From: Patescibacteria group bacterium
GTDB lineage: Bacteria > Patescibacteriota > Patescibacteriia > JACRDY01
Direction: 5' to 3'
DNA: 64,000 bases
NCBI GenBank assembly: GCA_041653535.1
Contig: JBAZFH010000001.1
Span: 6,052-70,051, forward strand
The notes below the pieces were generated by a model that did no database searches, was not told where the DNA came from, and was given only the letters and a program-made list of their open reading frames with translations. Below, piece by piece: positions 9,499-20,239 of this stretch (within the stretch, counting starts at the first letter, position 1; each line of letters starts with the position of its first letter). The position numbers were made by a program, and so were the translations under genes.

Positions 9499-10089
9499 AT
9501 GGAAAAAGACAGAGTAGTGTTTTTGAAAGGTTTGCGTGGGACTGTTTTGCGGCCGATGAACAAAGAAACAGATTTAGATTTCTTTTATCGGGGGATTAAC
9601 AATCCGGAAGCTAATCATTATTTGCAACGTTATTTACCACAGACCAAGGCAGATGAGGAAAAATGGTTTGACGCTATGGTTGGTCGTACCGATAGGCTAA
9701 TACTGGCGGTCGAAACTCCGGATGGTGAGCTGCTTGGTAGTGTTGGTCTGCATGAAATTGACTGGCGCAACCAAGTCGGGACCATGGGCATTGCTCTCTT
9801 TGCCAAAGACCAGTGGCACAAGGGCTACGGTAAAGATGCCGTCATGGCTTTGCTGGAATACGCCTTTATGCGGTTGAATCTGCGAAAGGTGCGTTCCAAG
9901 GTTTATTCGATAAACCAGCGAAGTTTGGCGCTGCACCGTTCCTGCGGCGGAGTGCAGGAAGGCACTGCTCGTCAGGAAATATTTATCGATGGTCAGTTTC
10001 ACGACGTGCTATACTTTGGTATTTTCCGGTCAGAATGGGAAGTGTTTTTTGCTTCTTACAAGGAAGGGTCGGTAGTCAAAAAATCTTAG
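9499..10089 (+). CDS. GNAT family N-acetyltransferase (RimJ/RimL-like)
   Basis: RBS AAAGGAGA. GNAT core motifs (VGLHEIDWRNQVGTMGIAL ... GYGKDAVMALLEYAF). Confidence 0.75.
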   Translation: MEKDRVVFLKGLRGTVLRPMNKETDLDFFYRGINNPEANHYLQRYLPQTKADEEKWFDAMVGRTDRLILAVETPDGELLGSVGLHEIDWRNQVGTMGIALFAKDQWHKGYGKDAVMALLEYAFMRLNLRKVRSKVYSINQRSLALHRSCGGVQEGTARQEIFIDGQFHDVLYFGIFRSEWEVFFASYKEGSVVKKS

Positions 10090-10227
10090 TCATTCAAAAC
10101 GTGGGGTTCGGACCATATCCGACCCCTTTTTATTGCGAAAAATCAGGATTTTGAGTACAATTAGAATAGCTCATAGTCAGTAGCCTGTAGCTCATAGCAA
10201 TTTATTTATTTCTTAATTTTTAACTTT

Positions 10228-10656
10228 ATGGATCTCAAAGAATTTTTTATTACTCCTCAGGATTTTACCGAAAACGATTTACAACAACTTGAAGAACACA
10301 CTAAGACAGATTGGTCGTCGCCGGATGTCGAAGGACAGCTAGCTGTTGATGTTTTTCAAGATCAAAACAATATTGTAGTTAAAACTGCTATTGCCGGAGT
10401 GAAACCGGAAGATATTCAGATATCTATCAATGGCGATGTTTTAACTATTAGAGGCAAAAGATCGGCGCACGAAGGAGTAAAGGACGAAGATTATTATTAT
10501 CGAGAGTGTTATTGGGGGGCTTTTTCTCGGTCGGTAGTTTTGCCTATAGAAGTACAACAAGACAAGATTGAAGCGGTTTTGAAAAACGGCGTGATGACCG
10601 TAACATTGCCTAAAGCAAAACCGGAAAAGACGGTAAAAATTAGATTTGAGGAATAA
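10228..10656 (+). CDS. Hsp20/alpha-crystallin family small heat-shock protein
   Basis: Alpha-crystallin domain (VDVFQDQNNIVVKTAIAGVKPEDIQISINGDVLTIRGKR). Confidence 0.8.
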   Translation: MDLKEFFITPQDFTENDLQQLEEHTKTDWSSPDVEGQLAVDVFQDQNNIVVKTAIAGVKPEDIQISINGDVLTIRGKRSAHEGVKDEDYYYRECYWGAFSRSVVLPIEVQQDKIEAVLKNGVMTVTLPKAKPEKTVKIRFEE

Positions 10657-10666
10657 AACAGGCGAT

Positions 10667-12613
10667 ATGAAAAAAGGGATTATACCAAAAGTTTTACCAA
10701 AGCCGGAAATTCATATTTCCACCCGGACCAAGATTGCCATTGGTTGTTTTTTGGCTGTAGTAATTCTGATTATTGGCGGAGGTTTTGCTTATAGCCAGGT
10801 TTATGCGGAGAAATTTTATCCCGGAGTGGTTTTGGCCGGAGTTGACGTTGGTGGTCAGACTTACGACGAAGCTAAGAGTGTTTTTGAATCCAAGGTTGAT
10901 GGTATAAATATTTCTGGTTTTAACTTTATTTCCGGCGAGCGAAAGGTGAATATTTTGCCACGAGTAGTTTCTTCTTCAGATCTGGACATTTCTTATGACC
11001 TGGTATCTTTTGATATAGAAAAATCTTTAGACAATGCTTGGGAAATCGGTCGACATGGCGGTTTTATTTATAGTTGGCGACAAAGATTAGGAGTTCTTTT
11101 GGGCGGTGAAAAGCTGAACTTTCAATACAAGATAAAAGAGGGTAATCTAGTTGAAGCTTTGAAACAAAATTTTTATGATCTGGAAAAACCCGGACAAAAC
11201 GCTCGACTAATTTTAACCAAAGGCGACAATGGTTATGACGCAACAGTGGAGCAAGAAAAACCGGGTATGTCTTTTGATTATCAGCAAGTATTGGCAAAAC
11301 TAGATAATAATTTAAAAAATTTGGATACCAGCGATATCAGTTTTGGTCTTGGTGAGGACGTGCCGGAAATATTGTCTTTTCAGGTCAAAGATTTGGCTGA
11401 CGTTGCTGTAAGTGTTTTGGACAAAGCGCCATTAACCTTGAAATTTGAAAAAGACCATTGGGATATTAATAAAGAAGCTGTTGCCGGGTTGCTTGATTTT
11501 GTAGTTTTGGACGGACAGCCGGCGCTAGGATTTGGTCAAGAATTATTTGTTCAATATTTAAACCAAAAAATCGGACCAAACATCAATCAAGAAGTTCAAA
11601 ATGCTAAGTTCAAAATTACCGACGGCAGAGTAGCGGAATTTGTCGGGGGACAGCAAGGAAGAGCTATTGACGTTGACATGCTTTTAGCGGAGATAAATAC
11701 TAAGTTCGTAAATGGCGAAACAAAAGGGTTGGAAGTACCCGTCAAGACCGTTGAGCCAGATGTGGCGACAGCAGATGTTAATGATCTTGGAATCAAGGAG
11801 ATTATCGGTGTTGGTAAATCAGATTTTTCCGGCAGTCCAAGCAATCGTCGGCATAATATTGCCACTGGGTCGAGCGCTCTAAACGGCGTGTTGATCAAAC
11901 CGGGTGAAAATTTTTCGCTTATTACTGCTCTTGGTCCGGTGGAAAAAGAGACTGGATATCTGCCGGAATTAGTAATCAAAGGAAATAAAACCGTTCCCGA
12001 ATACGGCGGCGGGCTGTGTCAGATCGGGACGACCGTTTTTCGCGCGGCGTTAGATTCGGGTTTGCCGATACTGGAACGCGCGGCGCATTCTTACCGCGTG
12101 TCTTACTATGAGCCAGCCGGCATGGATGCCACTATTTATATTCCTCATCCCGATGTTGTTTTTACCAATGACACCGGTAACCATATTTTGATTCAAGCAA
12201 AGGTGATTGGTAATAATTTACGTTTTGAGTTTTGGGGAACAAAAGACGGACGCAAAACTCATTTCATTGGTCAGCAGGAAAGTGATTATCTTTATGACGT
12301 GACGCCAAAGATTTGGGGTTTTGTCCGACCGGCGGCAACCAAACTGATTGAAAGTGTTGATATTGCCGTAGGTACAAAAAAATGCACTGAAAAAGCGCAT
12401 GTCGGGGCAACGGCGGAATTTACTTATCAGGTAACTTATTCCAGCGGCGAAAAAAAAGAAAAAGTATTTAACAGTGTTTATAGACCATGGCAGGAAGTTT
12501 GTTTGGTTGGCGTGGAAAAATTGACCGAGCCGGAAGTACCGGCAGAAGGAGCACCTGCTGCAGACGGGACAACCGAGGTCAACACGGTGGACAATAATAC
12601 CACTAGCAGCTAG
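10667..12613 (+). CDS. VanW-domain protein with N-terminal TM anchor
   Basis: TM segment followed by peptidoglycan-binding-like repeats. C-terminal VanW signature (YGGGLCQIGTTVFRAALDSG ... SYRVSYYEPAGMDATIY). Confidence 0.7.
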   Translation: MKKGIIPKVLPKPEIHISTRTKIAIGCFLAVVILIIGGGFAYSQVYAEKFYPGVVLAGVDVGGQTYDEAKSVFESKVDGINISGFNFISGERKVNILPRVVSSSDLDISYDLVSFDIEKSLDNAWEIGRHGGFIYSWRQRLGVLLGGEKLNFQYKIKEGNLVEALKQNFYDLEKPGQNARLILTKGDNGYDATVEQEKPGMSFDYQQVLAKLDNNLKNLDTSDISFGLGEDVPEILSFQVKDLADVAVSVLDKAPLTLKFEKDHWDINKEAVAGLLDFVVLDGQPALGFGQELFVQYLNQKIGPNINQEVQNAKFKITDGRVAEFVGGQQGRAIDVDMLLAEINTKFVNGETKGLEVPVKTVEPDVATADVNDLGIKEIIGVGKSDFSGSPSNRRHNIATGSSALNGVLIKPGENFSLITALGPVEKETGYLPELVIKGNKTVPEYGGGLCQIGTTVFRAALDSGLPILERAAHSYRVSYYEPAGMDATIYIPHPDVVFTNDTGNHILIQAKVIGNNLRFEFWGTKDGRKTHFIGQQESDYLYDVTPKIWGFVRPAATKLIESVDIAVGTKKCTEKAHVGATAEFTYQVTYSSGEKKEKVFNSVYRPWQEVCLVGVEKLTEPEVPAEGAPAADGTTEVNTVDNNTTSS

Positions 12614-12889
12614 CGGCTAGTTGCTAGCTGCTAGCAAATAAAAAAATCCCCGAATACCTGCAGTCAAGAAATTTTTTTAGCGTAATGATCCAGCCGGAGC
12701 CGGAACACCCGCTAGAAAAATTCCATGCTTGTCGTGACCGCAGGTATTAGGGGATACTACCCACAAAATAAAACATAAGTTCTGTTCCGTGAGTAATAGA
12801 GTAGCTTAACATATCCCAATATCTTTGTCAATAGTTGTGTTTAAAAGTGGTGATAAGATATTGTTTTTTTGTTTAAAATTAGGTTTTTA

Positions 12890-12918
12890 TTGACAAATAA
12901 GCTTTTAACGATTAGAAT
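12890..12918 (+). promoter_or_regulatory. sigma70-like promoter for tRNA-Leu (TTGACA-17-TAGAAT)
   Basis: Near-consensus -35 and -10 hexamers about 15 nt upstream of the tRNA 5' end. Confidence 0.55.
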
Positions 12919-12933
12919 ATGAAATAACTTGTG

Positions 12934-13018
12934 GGCGGGTGGTGAAATTGGTAGACACGCTAGCCTTAGGAGCTGGTGCCCAAAAGGCATGGAGGTTCGA
13001 GTCCTCTCCCGCCCACCA
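12934..13018 (+). tRNA. tRNA-Leu (anticodon UAG), type II with long variable arm
   Basis: Acceptor GGGCGGG/CCCGCCC, anticodon loop CTTAGGA, long variable arm, T-loop GGTTCGAGTCC, discriminator A and encoded CCA. Confidence 0.85.
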
Positions 13019-13189
13019 ATTTGATTTTAACTTAAAGTGAAAATACACCGTTTCGTAGGTGTATTTTTTGTTTATATTTAGCATAAAAACAGTTGATTGA
13101 GGAAAAAAATGTTGACATAAAATATAACCTGTGCTATTATAAACAATCATGTTGTGTTCATGGATTATTTAAAAATATGAACATGGATG

Positions 13190-13735
13190 TAACCAACAAA
13201 CCGCCATCACCAAATAGGAGGATTGTCTCGATGGGATTGTAGGTTTAAGCGCCTTGGGCACAGGCGCTATAACTAAGTATCTGTGCCTCCTTTGGTGGCG
13301 CTACTGTCGATTAATAGGGCGGTGGCGCATCATCGTAGATTCAGACTCTCATAGTCGGAGAGTCTGAAAAACCAATACGGGGAGAAAAAATGATTGGTCG
13401 CTATGTTATGTGAGCGCCAGGTTGATTCGGCGCTATAACAGCCTGAAAAGAAGTAAGGCGTCCTGAAGCATTGTTTGTCAGCTTTAGGATAAATAGACAG
13501 CCCGACGTGCAGTTGCGTCGTAAAAAAATAATTGCCGGAGTAAGTTCTTTTGCCCAATTTTTATCTCTTTACGAGCGGGAGATTGGCAGCTGCTAGGTAC
13601 CAGCAGAAAAAAGGAACACAATGTACTTCGTTAACGCGCTTTCGATTATTATGCGCGTATAAACATTATCACGTTACCGCGCGCCGCGACCTTTGGGTGT
13701 TAGCGCGGAACGTCGAAAAAAATGCGATCATATCA
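13190..13735 (+). ncRNA. candidate large structured non-coding RNA of unknown class, co-oriented downstream of tRNA-Leu
   Basis: Roughly 550 nt with no credible ORF on either strand. Multiple nested perfect stems: caccaaataggagg/cctcctttggtg, cagactctc/gagagtctg, accaat/attggt, gcgcc/ggcgc, cgacg/cgtcg. Motif GGCGCTATAAC occurs twice. Bounded by the tRNA promoter upstream and a strong intrinsic terminator at 13737-13775. Confidence 0.3.
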
Positions 13736-13736
13736 T

Positions 13737-13775
13737 GCCCCCGGCTTAGGTCGGGGGCTTTTCATTTTTTTTTAA
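13737..13775 (+). terminator. intrinsic terminator (GCCCCCGgcttaggtCGGGGGC + T-run), followed by a second A/T-flanked hairpin that can act bidirectionally
   Basis: Perfect 7-bp GC stem followed by ttttcattttttttt. Adjacent hairpin AAAACCCG...CGGGTTTT (13778-13805) serves the convergent minus-strand gene. Confidence 0.65.
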
Positions 13776-13819
13776 AAAAGAAAACCCGACTTTTTATGCC
13801 GGGTTTTTTAGTGGGATTT

Positions 13820-14278
13820 TTAGCCTGCTTTTTCCAGCGCTTTTGTCAGAGTCTCAATAAATTCTTCGGAACTCATGTCGTTGCCGATCAGACCGGATGT
13901 CCACTTGAAAGGTTTTTTGTCTTTGGATCCGGCTTTCAACTCCTCAAATCTTTGGCGGGTCAGAACTTTGATGTGGTTGTCTTTGACGGGCTCATCGCGA
14001 AAGATTTTTCGCTGGAGTATGCCAAGGTCAAAGGCAAGGCCAAGCGATTCATTGACCAGTACCATGAACTCTGTCATAACACTTTGTCGCGGTGGTAACA
14101 GTTTGGCTACCTGCAGCAACAAGTCTTTGTCCAGACAAAGAAACATGTCTTCCTTGCCGTCGACGTCGATCATTTCGGCGGGGAAAAAGCCCATCAGTCC
14201 GTGCTTGAGCTCAAGTAAATAAGCCGTTGCTAGTTTCCAGCCGGTCAAATCCTGACCAAGTAGTGTCTTGTGATTCAC
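13820..14278 (-). CDS. hypothetical protein
   Basis: 152-aa ORF with GTG start preceded by AAGGAGGtattc RBS; a bidirectional terminator lies downstream. Confidence 0.6.
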   Translation of the reverse strand: MNHKTLLGQDLTGWKLATAYLLELKHGLMGFFPAEMIDVDGKEDMFLCLDKDLLLQVAKLLPPRQSVMTEFMVLVNESLGLAFDLGILQRKIFRDEPVKDNHIKVLTRQRFEELKAGSKDKKPFKWTSGLIGNDMSSEEFIETLTKALEKAG

Positions 14279-14468
14279 GAATACCTCCTTTTGATAATTG
14301 CGGTTGTTCGCGTTAAGGACAATACCTATCTTTTACCGCATCTAGTTACAAGTTACAAGGGACGAGCTATAAGTAGAGAGCTTTTCCTAGTTCCTAGTCC
14401 CCGGTTCCCAGCCCTTATTTCCTAAAATTAAGCAAAAAATTACCCCCAGCCTGTGGGTTTTTCGACTC

Positions 14469-14496
14469 TTGACATATATTTTAGGAGGTATATAAT
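14469..14496 (+). promoter_or_regulatory. rRNA promoter (TTGACA-16-TATAAT)
   Basis: Consensus sigma70 hexamers about 370 nt upstream of the 23S 5' end. Confidence 0.6.
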
Positions 14497-14866
14497 GTAG
14501 GAGCTAAAAATAAAGCTTGTCCACGATTTTAAATATATGCGTAAAAATAACCTAATCAATAACGTTCTAGGCGGCTAGCAAGGAAATTTTTGTGCTATAT
14601 GGGACCGCTTAGAAGGCGGTTTTTTTAGTCAGCAGTAGAAAGCGAGTATTTTAACCTTTAGTGACTAAATGAAAATGACTCAGAGTCGTTTGGTCAGTGA
14701 AGGCTAAAGAGAAACGGAAAAACCGAACTTTAACAATTGAATCGAGGAATAATATTCCAACGTCAAAATGAAAATATAATTTTCGTCAAATTACGAAGAA
14801 GTAATATTAGAGAGTCTAATTAAAAAAATACATACTAAGCAAGGATTGTGTTTTCACAATTCTTGT

Positions 14867-18098
<3,232 letters not shown>

Positions 18099-18169
18099 AA
18101 TTATAAGAACATAAATTCAGATTATTATATTTAAATTTTGTACGTTACCATAGAAAAATGGTGATATTG

Positions 18170-18280
18170 TCCTGGTGCTTCCAGCAAGAGGGCCACACCT
18201 GTTTCCATTCCGAACACAGAAGTTAAGCCTCTTAGCGCCGATGATACTTAATAAGGGAAAGTAGGTCAGCGCCGGGACAA
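18170..18280 (+). rRNA. rrf: 5S ribosomal RNA
   Basis: CCTGGTGcttccagcaagagggccacacctgtttccattccgaacacagaagttaagc... matches bacterial 5S. Flanking processing stem ggtgatattgtcc/ggacaatgtcacc. Confidence 0.85.
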
Positions 18281-18315
18281 TGTCACCATTTTTTATTTCC
18301 TCAAATTTTTAAGAA

Positions 18316-18343
18316 AAAAACAGCTAAAAATAGCTGTTTTTTG
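18316..18343 (+). terminator. intrinsic terminator after 5S rRNA
   Basis: AACAGCTAaaaaTAGCTGTT hairpin followed by TTTTGTT. Confidence 0.7.
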
Positions 18344-18358
18344 TTATAGTATAAGACG

Positions 18359-18387
18359 TTGACAAATTAATGTTGAAATGCTATGAT
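18359..18387 (+). promoter_or_regulatory. sigma70-like promoter (TTGACA-17-TATGAT)
   Basis: Upstream of the 18438 gene; RBS GAGGAGGG precedes the ATG. Confidence 0.55.
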
Positions 18388-18437
18388 ATATAATTCGAAT
18401 TTTGACAATAAAATAACCTACCAACGAGGAGGGTCTC

Positions 18438-19466
18438 ATGAAATTGTGGTCGAAAAAGAAGGGTGAGAGTAAGCTTTCATCGAAGTCCAAAAACATTTTC
18501 GGCAGGGCGATCAGCACTGTCGGAAAATTTTTGGCGATGCGAAGCAAAATCTTTTGGATGGTAAGTGTCGCGGCGGTTGTTTTTACCTTCGGCATTGTCG
18601 CGCCTATCGTCGATGAATTCGTGGTCGTGCAAAAACTGACCGACTCGGTCAAAGCGGAAAAGTTTTTCGCTGCACCCAAAGGCTATGAAGGCGTGAAGGG
18701 CACGATTTTTGTCGCGGTAATGATGAATCTTTATGACGTCGAGTTTGATCGTCCCCTGGGTGGGTATCGACCCGACAATCTGATTTGGTTTGCTTGGCCT
18801 TATGATAAGGTCTGTAACTTTCAGTTGGGTGTAATGCAGGTATTGCAACGCACCGCGATTGAAATTAAAGATCGTACCAGCCGTTCCGGTGGCGGTGCCG
18901 ATCGGTTTGATCGGCGCGCCGCCAAGATGTCGGCTAAGTGGAATATGGATCTCGACGATTGGTTTTTGACTGCATGGAAGTTGGATAGCGGTCGTGATCT
19001 GCTCGACGATTATCTCGAGCAGTTGAAGGCGACTAAAGCTGTCAAGGAAAAAACCGGAAAATATCCGGCGGATGGCTCAGTATTCCTGACTAACAGTGTC
19101 ACGCTGGACGGATTGCTTGAGGTCTGGTATACGCTCCTTGGCGATGTCCACAAGGATTTGTCGGATCCCGATATGGTCAGCACTGAAGTGGATGATGTTT
19201 ACTTCCGTGCTCTGGGAGTGGTTTATGCCGTCGGCGCATTGGCCAGAGCCGCTCACGTCGAATTTGCCAACACCTTGGGAACCAAGGAAGGCGAAACGTA
19301 TTACGCGGAGCTGGAAATGAATTTCCGCAATGCAATGGCAAAGCCTATTCCTATCTGGACATTTGACGGTAAAGGGACGCTGTCCAACGATAGGAGCAAG
19401 CTCGAAACTGATGTCAACGCCATTCGGATGAACATCGGTTCGATCCGAAATCAGTTGGCAAAGTAA
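18438..19466 (+). CDS. hypothetical membrane-anchored protein (GC-elevated)
   Basis: 342-aa ORF with own promoter, RBS and terminator. N-terminal TM helix. About 52% GC versus about 40% background. Confidence 0.6.
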   Translation: MKLWSKKKGESKLSSKSKNIFGRAISTVGKFLAMRSKIFWMVSVAAVVFTFGIVAPIVDEFVVVQKLTDSVKAEKFFAAPKGYEGVKGTIFVAVMMNLYDVEFDRPLGGYRPDNLIWFAWPYDKVCNFQLGVMQVLQRTAIEIKDRTSRSGGGADRFDRRAAKMSAKWNMDLDDWFLTAWKLDSGRDLLDDYLEQLKATKAVKEKTGKYPADGSVFLTNSVTLDGLLEVWYTLLGDVHKDLSDPDMVSTEVDDVYFRALGVVYAVGALARAAHVEFANTLGTKEGETYYAELEMNFRNAMAKPIPIWTFDGKGTLSNDRSKLETDVNAIRMNIGSIRNQLAK

Positions 19467-19674
19467 GAGTTAATCAACAACCCCCCCGCTTGAGCGCAAT
19501 GCTTGGGCGGGGTTTTAAGTATGCAGGGGATTGGTTTATTCCCCGTATAACGTATGCTGTTCCCTGTATACCCGTCATTGACAAAAAAGGGTTACAGTGG
19601 TAAGTTGTGGTAATCGATTTGTTCTTTAGCAAGATGAAAAACAGATTTTTTAACATAAAAAGGAGGGTAGGAAG

Positions 19675-20136
19675 ATGGGTCTGGTTGTTCGCGCTGTGGA
19701 AGTCATGGCACTATTATCGGTCGTGGGAATTTTCGGTTTTGGTCTTATTTCTCTCGGGCGGCGGTTGTTTGGTAGCCGTCCCAAGGAAGAAAAAAAAGAA
19801 GAAAAAAAGTCGAAACAAAAAAAAGGTCACGATACGGTGACGGTGTTAGAAGGGGTTGAAGGACTCGGGGCTGTTTTGCCTGACGATTTCGATCTTCAAG
19901 TAAAGATCGCCGAGCTGAAAACCAAAGCTGCAGCGCTTGATCAAGAGCAACGGCTTTTGGAACTCGCTCGTCTCGAGGCAGCCATTGATGCTCAAACGAA
20001 CTTGACGCAAGAACAGCGTCGAGTCGTGGAAGAAACAAAGTTTCGTCAAGAGCTCACCCGGCGACCGCCGCACATGAATAATGACGAAGAAGGCGGGATC
20101 GACACCGCCGCCAAGAAGAAAAAAATTTTTGGCTGA
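19675..20136 (+). CDS. hypothetical small membrane protein with coiled-coil and K/E-rich segment
   Basis: RBS AAAGGAGGG; terminator hairpin catccggttttttccgggtg at 20147-20176. Confidence 0.5.
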   Translation: MGLVVRAVEVMALLSVVGIFGFGLISLGRRLFGSRPKEEKKEEKKSKQKKGHDTVTVLEGVEGLGAVLPDDFDLQVKIAELKTKAAALDQEQRLLELARLEAAIDAQTNLTQEQRRVVEETKFRQELTRRPPHMNNDEEGGIDTAAKKKKIFG

Positions 20137-20239
20137 TCAACAAAAACATCCGGTTTTTTCCGGGTGTTTTTCTTTTTGGCAAAAGAGGTGTTTTAGCCTA
20201 TAATATAGCTACGTTAAGTGTCTTTAATATTGATTTTTT

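Noticed and set aside
13150-13740. tmRNA, RNase P RNA or SRP RNA in the structured region after tRNA-Leu
   Set aside because: There is no tag-peptide frame ending in AA-stop and no tRNA-like 3' domain. No P4 motifs (GGAAAGTCCGGGC / ACAGAACCCGGCTTA) appear on either strand. No SRP domain IV consensus is present. Left as an unknown structured RNA.
13550-14098. 182-aa plus-strand ORF overlapping the 13820-14278 minus-strand gene
   Set aside because: It has no RBS, odd composition and overlaps a terminator. The minus-strand gene has AAGGAGG + GTG and is preferred.
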